This document shows positions 44,730 through 53,234 of a stretch of DNA of 53,234 nucleotides, piece by piece. Source of the stretch: Gemmatimonadota bacterium (GTDB taxonomy: Bacteria > Gemmatimonadota > Gemmatimonadetes > Palauibacterales > Palauibacteraceae); assembly GCA_046758745.1 (NCBI GenBank), contig JBHIAV010000016.1, forward strand, positions 1 to 53,234. Reading direction: 5' to 3'. A program made the translations under genes and the position numbers. The notes below the pieces were generated by a model. It was not told the DNA's origin and made no database searches. It saw only the letters and a list, made by a program, of their open reading frames with translations. The stretch's first letter is position 1; every line of letters starts with the position of its first letter.

Positions 44730-46880
44730 TTACCGCACAAGGTGGTTGAGGAACGCCCGCACGTCAACCGCCACCGCGCCGTCCGGATACGCGAACACCG
44801 GATTCGCCTCCAGCTCCGCCAGCTCCGGAAAGGTGAAGGCGCACTCGGCGATGGCCCCGATGAGGCGAACGAGGCAATCCGCGCAGGCGGCGGGCCGGCC
44901 GCGGTGACCGCGGAGTAGGGGGGAGAGCCGGATCTCCTGGAGCATCGCCTGCGCCTCATCGGAGGAGACCGGTAGCACCCGCACGGCCGTGTCCCGAAAG
45001 ATCTCCACCGCGACCCCTCCCGCTCCCACCGAGAGAACGGGACCGAACTGGGAGTCGCGCCGGATTCCCACGATGAGCTCGGCGACCGGAGGACGGAGCA
45101 TCGGGGAGACCAGCACGCCCCGAATGTCGGGATCGAGGCCGCGGCCCTTCGCGTACGCCGTCGCCGAGGCGACGATCCGCCAGAAGGCCTCCGAAGCCGC
45201 CCGCGGATCCATGATGTTGAGGGCGACGCCTCCGGCGTCGGTCTTATGGGGGATGGCGGGAGAGACCACCTTGAGCACCGCCGGAGTGCCGACCGTCTCC
45301 AGGGCCTGGGTCACCTCCTCCGGACCGCGGCAGAACACGGCGTCCACGACAGGGGCTCCGTGCGCGGCGATCAGCTCCCGCGCCTCCGTCTCGAGCAGCT
45401 CGGCGCGCCCTTCCCCGCGCGCGGCCTCGATCGGGGGCGGGCTCTTCTTTGCGGCGGGAGGCTCCTCGACGTCGGGCGGTAGGTGGCGGAGAAAGACCCC
45501 CCGCTCGTGAATGGCCTGCGTGCAGCGAGCCGCGACCTCGAGCGATTCGATCACCGGCACGCCGGCCGCGCTCAGACGACAAAGGGGCTCGCTCGGCGAG
45601 CCCGCGTATAGCGTGTTCACCACGAGGGGTACCCGCGTCTCCCGAGCGATCGCCGCCATCCGGTAGGCGGCTCTGGCCTCGGCTTCGGCGAGCTCTTCCG
45701 AGAAGCGGATCGCGTAACCGCCGAACAGCCCCACCACGAGGACGCATCCGGTCGCCGGATCACCCACCACGAGCTCCAGCGCGCGCGCGAACACTTCCGG
45801 GTTTCCATCGGCTGCGCCGGCGAGGTCGATGGGGTTGGCGACCGCGGCGGCGGGGCCCAGCAGCTCGCGCAGCGCAGCCCGCGTCGTCTCCGCCAGCGGC
45901 GGCAGGGGTACGGCGAGGTCCGTCAGGCAGTCGGCGGCCAGTGTGGCGTGACCGCCCCCATCGGAGAGGACCACCACTCCGGTGCCGCCGGTGAAGCGGG
46001 GCTGGGCGGCCAGCGCCTCGCCGACTGAGAGTAGCTCGTCCGTGCGAAGCACCTCGGTGACGCCCGCCTGCTTCAGGGCCGCCGCCAGCACGGCGTACGA
46101 GCCGGCGATCGCTCCGGTGTGGGAGCGCGCTGCCGTCATGCCATTCTCCGATCTCCCGCCCTTCAGGAGCACGACGGGTTTGTGCTCGCTGATGCGCCGG
46201 GCGATCCGCATGAAGCGGCGTCCGTTCCCGAACCCTTCGGCGTATATCAAGATCGCGGCCGTCTCCGGGTCCGTGTCGAGGTACTCCAGGTACTCGTCGA
46301 ACGCGATGTCCGTCTCGTTCCCGACTCCCACATACACGGACACCCCCTCCGACCGGGCGGAGAGGTCGTTCATGAGAACGAGCCCGACGTTACCCGACTG
46401 AGAGAGAACCGCCAGCCGGCCCCGACGTACGCCGCGCAGACCCACCAGGTTGAGGCCCAGGGAGGTGTTCAAGATCCCCGAAGTGTTGGGCCCGACCACC
46501 CGGATCCCCGTTCGGTGCGCCACCTCCATCACGTCGCGCTCGAGCGCGGCCCCCGCCTCGCCCGATTCCCGGAAGCCGACCGCCGAGATGACGGCGCCCC
46601 GGATCCCGACCTCCGCGCACTCCGTGAGGAGCGCCGACACCGACTCCGCGGGGGTGCAGATGAACGCGAGATCGGGGGGCTCATCCAGCTCCGCTACGGA
46701 GGCGGCGACCGGAAGACCGAGGAGCTCCCCGCCCTTGGGGTTCACGGGGAAGACGCGGCCCTGGAAGCCGCCTTCGACGAGGGTGCGAACCGCCTGGTAG
46801 CCGCGCTTGCGCGGGCTCCGAGAGGCGCCTACCACGGCAACGGAGCGCGGCGCCAGGATCGGGGCGAGGGGATGGTTCAT
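44730..46880 (-). CDS. acyl-CoA synthetase (NDP-forming), fused alpha/beta
   Basis: PRSVAVVGAS, GPNT, SQSG, SHTG (phospho-His), NPIDL, HKTDAGGV, ELEANP. Confidence 0.92.
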   Translation of the reverse strand: MNHPLAPILAPRSVAVVGASRSPRKRGYQAVRTLVEGGFQGRVFPVNPKGGELLGLPVAASVAELDEPPDLAFICTPAESVSALLTECAEVGIRGAVISAVGFRESGEAGAALERDVMEVAHRTGIRVVGPNTSGILNTSLGLNLVGLRGVRRGRLAVLSQSGNVGLVLMNDLSARSEGVSVYVGVGNETDIAFDEYLEYLDTDPETAAILIYAEGFGNGRRFMRIARRISEHKPVVLLKGGRSENGMTAARSHTGAIAGSYAVLAAALKQAGVTEVLRTDELLSVGEALAAQPRFTGGTGVVVLSDGGGHATLAADCLTDLAVPLPPLAETTRAALRELLGPAAAVANPIDLAGAADGNPEVFARALELVVGDPATGCVLVVGLFGGYAIRFSEELAEAEARAAYRMAAIARETRVPLVVNTLYAGSPSEPLCRLSAAGVPVIESLEVAARCTQAIHERGVFLRHLPPDVEEPPAAKKSPPPIEAARGEGRAELLETEARELIAAHGAPVVDAVFCRGPEEVTQALETVGTPAVLKVVSPAIPHKTDAGGVALNIMDPRAASEAFWRIVASATAYAKGRGLDPDIRGVLVSPMLRPPVAELIVGIRRDSQFGPVLSVGAGGVAVEIFRDTAVRVLPVSSDEAQAMLQEIRLSPLLRGHRGRPAACADCLVRLIGAIAECAFTFPELAELEANPVFAYPDGAVAVDVRAFLNHLVR

Positions 46881-46907
46881 CGGCGCGCCGGCCGACTCAG
46901 ACCACGG

Positions 46908-47699
46908 TTACTCACCGACGAACTTCGGCTCCCTCTTCTCGTGGAACGCCACTATCCCTTCGCGCCAGTCCTGCGTCGCCATGCACTCGAGGAGCGCGCT
47001 CGCCTCGAGCTCCATGGCCGCATCGGCGTCCAGGTGCCGGACTCCGTCGAGCAGCCGCTTCGCCAGCGCCACCGGGATCGGCGCGCGCTTCGCGAGCTCT
47101 CCGGCCATGGCGAGGGACGTCTCCAGCACCTCGTCGGCCGGGACGGCCCGGTTGGCCAGCCTCATGTCGACCGCCTCCTCGCCGTGCAAGAACTCGGCCA
47201 GGAGAAGGAGCTCCTTCGCCTTCGCCATCCCGACGCGGGCGGCCAGGGTGTAAACCGTGCCTCCGCCCACGAAGGTTCCTAGAGCGAGCTCCGGGAGGCG
47301 GAGCTTCGCCTTCCTGGCCACGACGATGAGGTCGCAGGAGAGCGCGAGCTCGAGCCCAGCCCCGATCGCGTGGCCGTTCACCGCGGCCACGACGGGCTGC
47401 GGTAGCGTCTGGATCCGTCGGTGCACTCGCTGGCCCGTGGCGACATAGCTCCGCCGCTCCCCCGCCGTCAGATCCCCCTTTCCATGCGCCTTCAAGTCGG
47501 CCCCCACGCAGAACGCTCGGCCGGCGCCGGTGATGACGACGGCCCGTATGGACGGCTCGGCCTCGATCCGGTCCAGCTCCTCCAGCATGGATCGGTACAG
47601 GGGAAGGCTCACCGCGTTGAGCCGCTCCGGGCGGTTGAGCCGAACAACGGTTACGGCATCGTGCCGCTCGGTGAGGACCGGCGCGTCTTCGGGGCTCAC
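46908..47699 (-). CDS. enoyl-CoA hydratase/isomerase (crotonase family)
   Basis: LNRPERLNA, AFCVGADL, AVNGHAIGAGLELALSCD, PE; GTG after GAGAGG. Confidence 0.92.
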   Translation of the reverse strand: MSPEDAPVLTERHDAVTVVRLNRPERLNAVSLPLYRSMLEELDRIEAEPSIRAVVITGAGRAFCVGADLKAHGKGDLTAGERRSYVATGQRVHRRIQTLPQPVVAAVNGHAIGAGLELALSCDLIVVARKAKLRLPELALGTFVGGGTVYTLAARVGMAKAKELLLLAEFLHGEEAVDMRLANRAVPADEVLETSLAMAGELAKRAPIPVALAKRLLDGVRHLDADAAMELEASALLECMATQDWREGIVAFHEKREPKFVGE

Positions 47700-47874
47700 G
47701 CGGACCTCTCGGCGTGGGGAGTGACGACGGGCTCGGGCGCGAATATCGGGCAAACAAGAGGGATGCGCGACCCCCCGGACGGTGGCGCTTCGCTGCCACC
47801 GGCCCGTCCGATCGCAACCCGGCCGTCACGGGCACCGGGTGCGGCCAAGGCAGATCTCTGCGGACACTCAGCCC

Positions 47875-48351
47875 TTAATACTCGACCCGGTTCTCCTTCT
47901 TCCGCCAGCAGCGAAACGGCTCCAACGCGCCCTCGACGGCCAGCCGCCGCGTCGGCAGCGTCCGCCTCTCAACGGGCTGCGCGATCTCGGCGTAGATGAA
48001 CTGGTCGTCGAATCCGTTCTCGGCCGCGTCGGCATGGGCCGCTGCGAAGTAGACGGCGTCCGGACGAGCCCAGTAGATCGCGCCGAGACACATGGGACAC
48101 GGCTCCGTGCTGCAGTAGATCGTGCATCCTTCGAGCTGGAAGGTGCCCAGCGCCCGGCACGCCTCGCGGATCGCCACGATCTCGGCGTGGGCCGTGGGGT
48201 CGTTGTGGGCCGTCACCCGGTTTACCCCCCGTGCCACGATCTCGCCATCCTTTACGACCACGGCGCCGAACGGACCGCCGTCCTGCTCCACGTTCTCGGC
48301 CGCGAGGCGGATCGCCTCGCGCAGGAACTCTTCGTGCTTCGCCTCGCTCAT
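47875..48351 (-). CDS. guaD: guanine deaminase (cytidine-deaminase superfamily)
   Basis: GGPFGA, DPTAHAE, EPCPMCLGAIYWA, GFDDQFIY, C-terminal Tyr. Confidence 0.88.
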   Translation of the reverse strand: MSEAKHEEFLREAIRLAAENVEQDGGPFGAVVVKDGEIVARGVNRVTAHNDPTAHAEIVAIREACRALGTFQLEGCTIYCSTEPCPMCLGAIYWARPDAVYFAAAHADAAENGFDDQFIYAEIAQPVERRTLPTRRLAVEGALEPFRCWRKKENRVEY

Positions 48352-48392
48352 CCCGCGCTCCGGATACGCCGCTCCGGGCTCGACCGGACCAC

Positions 48393-49346
48393 TCAAAACG
48401 GCCCCGCCGGAGCGGCTGCGATCTCCTCGGCATCCAGCTCGTAGAACTTGCAGCTCCCGCACGCCGTGGTGTCGGTGCGGATCGGGAACTCGCTCTTCGG
48501 GAGCGGCTCGTTCTTGTCTGCATCCACGAGGTACGCCTGCATCCGTTCCATGCTGTCCAGGATGGCCCGCTCCTCGGCGTCGATCCCCTCCTCCGTGATA
48601 GGGGCTGTCTGCCGACCCCCGGTGTACAGGTACTCCAAGCACCCGATGATCGGCCCCGACTCCAGATCGGCCCGGTGCCGGAAGTAGACGGCGTACGCTC
48701 GAAGCTGCCGCACATCGCCCTCGCGCTCTTCACCGGTCTTCCAGTCGACCAGCCGGTACTCACCGCCGCCCACCCGATACAGGAGATCCGGCTGGGCGTA
48801 GATCTTGTGCCCGTGCAGGACGAAGGTGTCCGGACGGTCCGTCTCCTTGACCTCGACGTAAGGAGCCTCGATCGCCTCCCGATAGCTTCGGGACTCGAGG
48901 AGTCCCCGCAGGCAGGTGGAGAGCTTGTCCCTGATCTTCGCGATCAGGGAGCCGGAGGGGCCGGACCCGTAGTAGAACTCGTGCAGCATTGGCAGCGCCC
49001 TGGGACGGAGCTCCCATTCCGCGCGGCGCTGCGATTGCGCCCACGCCTGGTTCAGACGCCGGCGGCCGCTCTCCACCAGCTCGTCGAGTGCCGGGGGATC
49101 GACGCCCCCCCGCGCCCGCATGATGGCGGCGGAGGCCAGCTCGTGGATCACGTTGCCGACCAGAAGGTGCAGGTTCGTGATCTGCTTGAGGCGGTACGCC
49201 ACCTTCGCTTCTTCCGGCGCGTCTTTCTCCCACCCACGGTGGGAGGCGTAGTACTGGTAGTAGTACATGCGCGGGCACTCGCGGAACGTCGAGCGCCGCG
49301 TCTGTGACCAGGAAAACTCCGGGAACGGGCCGGGATCGTAGGGCAT
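48393..49346 (-). CDS. PD-(D/E)XK nuclease, RecB/AddB-C-like
   Basis: SWS...CPRMYY, GNVIH, PD...DWKTG, QLRAYA, CGSC. Confidence 0.88.
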   Translation of the reverse strand: MPYDPGPFPEFSWSQTRRSTFRECPRMYYYQYYASHRGWEKDAPEEAKVAYRLKQITNLHLLVGNVIHELASAAIMRARGGVDPPALDELVESGRRRLNQAWAQSQRRAEWELRPRALPMLHEFYYGSGPSGSLIAKIRDKLSTCLRGLLESRSYREAIEAPYVEVKETDRPDTFVLHGHKIYAQPDLLYRVGGGEYRLVDWKTGEEREGDVRQLRAYAVYFRHRADLESGPIIGCLEYLYTGGRQTAPITEEGIDAEERAILDSMERMQAYLVDADKNEPLPKSEFPIRTDTTACGSCKFYELDAEEIAAAPAGPF

Positions 49347-49510
49347 CGCTGTTAAGCCAAAGCGGTGTTGCTCGTTGCGAGGGTTCCGCGCAAGATTCAC
49401 AGCTGCCGTCTGCGGCGCCAGTCGGACGGCGGGAGCGGACGGCGACGGTCCGGGCGCCTCCGTTCAGTCTCCGCGGCGCGCGGCGTGCCGAACCCCCTAC
49501 TGGAGCAGCC

Positions 49511-51715
<2,205 letters not shown>

Positions 51716-51763
51716 GCCGCGCGTGAAACGAGCCGGCATCCGCGGGCGCCCCGGAGCTGTGTC

Positions 51764-52399
51764 GTGAGCGGACGGGGTCTCGATGCGCTCTCGATCTCCT
51801 TCACCCTCAACAGGGAACCGATCTCCATCGACGTGCTTCCCGGCGAGCGTCTCCTGGACGTCCTGCGCTACCGCCTCGACCTCCCGGGCACCAAGGAGGG
51901 GTGCGGAGAGGGAGAGTGCGGGGCCTGCACCGTGTTCATGGACGGCTTGCCCGTCGACTCCTGCCTGGTGCCGGCCTACCAGGCGCGCGGACGCCGCATC
52001 GAGACGATCGAGTCCCTCGATCCGGCCGCGCTCGGCCCTTTCCTCGCCGGAGGCGCGACACAGTGCGGAGCGTGCACGCCGGGTGTGGTGATGACAGCGT
52101 GGTGGGTGCGGGAGCACCCCGGGCTGCTCGAGACGCATACGATGCGGGAGCTCATGGCTGGCAACCTGTGCCGCTGCACGGGCTACGACGGGATCATCGA
52201 CAGCCTCGAGGCCGCGCTCGCGGAGCGAGGTGCCGAGCAGAGCGAGGCGCCGGCCGGGGAGCACCGCGACGCCCGGCCGAGGGAAGAGCGGGGAGGAGCC
52301 GGGCAACGCAGCTCCGAGGCGACAGGGGAGCGGGGAGGAGCCGACGGGCGACGCGGCTCCGAGGCGACAGGGGAGCGGGGAGCGGGAGGAGCCGTGTGA
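51764..52399 (+). CDS. xanthine-dehydrogenase-family 2Fe-2S subunit
   Basis: GTKEGCGEGECGAC, QCGACTPG, NLCRCTGY; repetitive C-terminal tail. Confidence 0.93.
   Translation: MSGRGLDALSISFTLNREPISIDVLPGERLLDVLRYRLDLPGTKEGCGEGECGACTVFMDGLPVDSCLVPAYQARGRRIETIESLDPAALGPFLAGGATQCGACTPGVVMTAWWVREHPGLLETHTMRELMAGNLCRCTGYDGIIDSLEAALAERGAEQSEAPAGEHRDARPREERGGAGQRSSEATGERGGADGRRGSEATGERGAGGAV
52286..52393 (+). repeat. 42-45 bp tandem repeat (about 2.4 copies) in the 2Fe-2S subunit tail
   Basis: GAGCGGGGAGGAGCC...CTCCGAGGCGACAGGG at 52286 and 52328, partial copy at 52373. Confidence 0.85.
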
Positions 52400-53226
52400 C
52401 GGTGCTCATGCCGGGGAGCCTCCGCGAGGCGTGCGACATGCTTGCCGCCAGCGATGGCGCGATCCCGATGGCGGGGGGGACAGACCTTCTCGTCCACTGG
52501 CCCCTCAAGCCCGAGGAGCACGGCAGGACGTACGTAGATCTCTCCGGCCTCGAGGAGCTGCGGCTGCACCGATGGACCGATGACGAGCTCGTCCTGGGCG
52601 GCCTCACCACCTACTGGGACGTCATCCGGGACCCGCGAGCGTGGAAGGAGTTTCCCCTCCTCATCGACGCGGGACGGCAGGTCGGCGCCATCCAGATCCA
52701 GTCCCGGGGAACGTGGGCCGGGAACATCGTCAACGCCTCGCCGGCGGCCGACGGCGTCCCGGTTCTGATGGCGTACGACGCGGTCGTGCTGCTCGAGTCG
52801 ACGCGCGGCCGGGAGGAGGTCCCGCTTTCGGACTTCTATCTCGGGTACAAGGAGATGCGACGGCGCCCCGACCAGATCATCACCGCGATTCGGATGCCGC
52901 GCCGCGAATACTCCTTCCAGCTCTTCGAGAAGGTCGGCTCGCGACGAGCCCAGGCGATCACCAAGGTGGGAGTCGCGATCGCCGGCTCCGACTTCGGATG
53001 GCGGGTCGTGGCGAACAGCATGGCCCCGACCGTGTGTCGCTGCCCCGCCGTGGAGGCTCTTCTCGAGGGCGAGGAGCCTGTCTCGTCCCCGGATGACCTT
53101 CTTCCGGCGATTCGACAGGATGTCTCGCCGATCGACGACATCCGTTCCACGGCCGAGTATCGGGAACGGGTGATGGCGCGGGTGCTCTACTGGGCGCTGC
53201 GGGAGGTGTGCCCCTCTTTCCGCTGA
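52396..53226 (+). CDS. xanthine-dehydrogenase-family FAD-binding subunit
   Basis: AGGTDL, GAIQIQSRGTWAGN, NASPAAD, SPIDDIRSTAEYR; GTGA overlap. Confidence 0.93.
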   Translation: MTVLMPGSLREACDMLAASDGAIPMAGGTDLLVHWPLKPEEHGRTYVDLSGLEELRLHRWTDDELVLGGLTTYWDVIRDPRAWKEFPLLIDAGRQVGAIQIQSRGTWAGNIVNASPAADGVPVLMAYDAVVLLESTRGREEVPLSDFYLGYKEMRRRPDQIITAIRMPRREYSFQLFEKVGSRRAQAITKVGVAIAGSDFGWRVVANSMAPTVCRCPAVEALLEGEEPVSSPDDLLPAIRQDVSPIDDIRSTAEYRERVMARVLYWALREVCPSFR

Positions 53227-53234
53227 GAGCGCGG

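Noticed and set aside
48393-49346. Calling the nuclease cas4 or a defence system
   Set aside because: No cas1/cas2, array, methylase or other defence genes nearby.

Overview
GC-rich (roughly 70% by eye) bacterial chromosomal segment. The gene style suggests a diderm, probably Gemmatimonadota (inference only). It holds about 48 genes; I saw no rRNA, tRNA, CRISPR array, integrase or transposase. (1) 1.1-16.6 kb, minus strand, housekeeping and redox genes: PerR/Fur-pdaD-speB, an NSS transporter with a small partner ORF, nrnA, a coupled MBL/Zn-finger/DHH/CoaE-PHP chain, erpA-like, trxB, PHP, MntR/DtxR, M42 peptidase and an ECF sigma with ZAS anti-sigma. (2) 16.8-33 kb: AsmA-like protein, rhodanese-SufU, SRAP, deoC with ALDH16, alpha-hydroxy-acid oxidase, DsbD. 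(3) 33.6-40.5 kb: kynurenine-route tryptophan catabolism (3HAO, ACMSD, kynureninase, KMO, TDO, KynB) plus a convergent atypical SDR and RidA. (4) 40.6-53.2 kb: TonB-dependent receptor, acyl-CoA ligase/crotonase, guanine deaminase, PD-(D/E)XK nuclease and a three-subunit xanthine-dehydrogenase-family enzyme. Best leads: the CoaE-PHP fusion among several pAp/3'-phosphate hydrolases; the SDR as a candidate for an unassigned step after 2-aminomuconate; an apparent ATC start codon for ACMSD; a Zn-ribbon-tailed NSS; two deletion-collapsed pseudogenes; and several intergenic tandem repeats. Family calls come from recognising motifs by eye, not from database searches.
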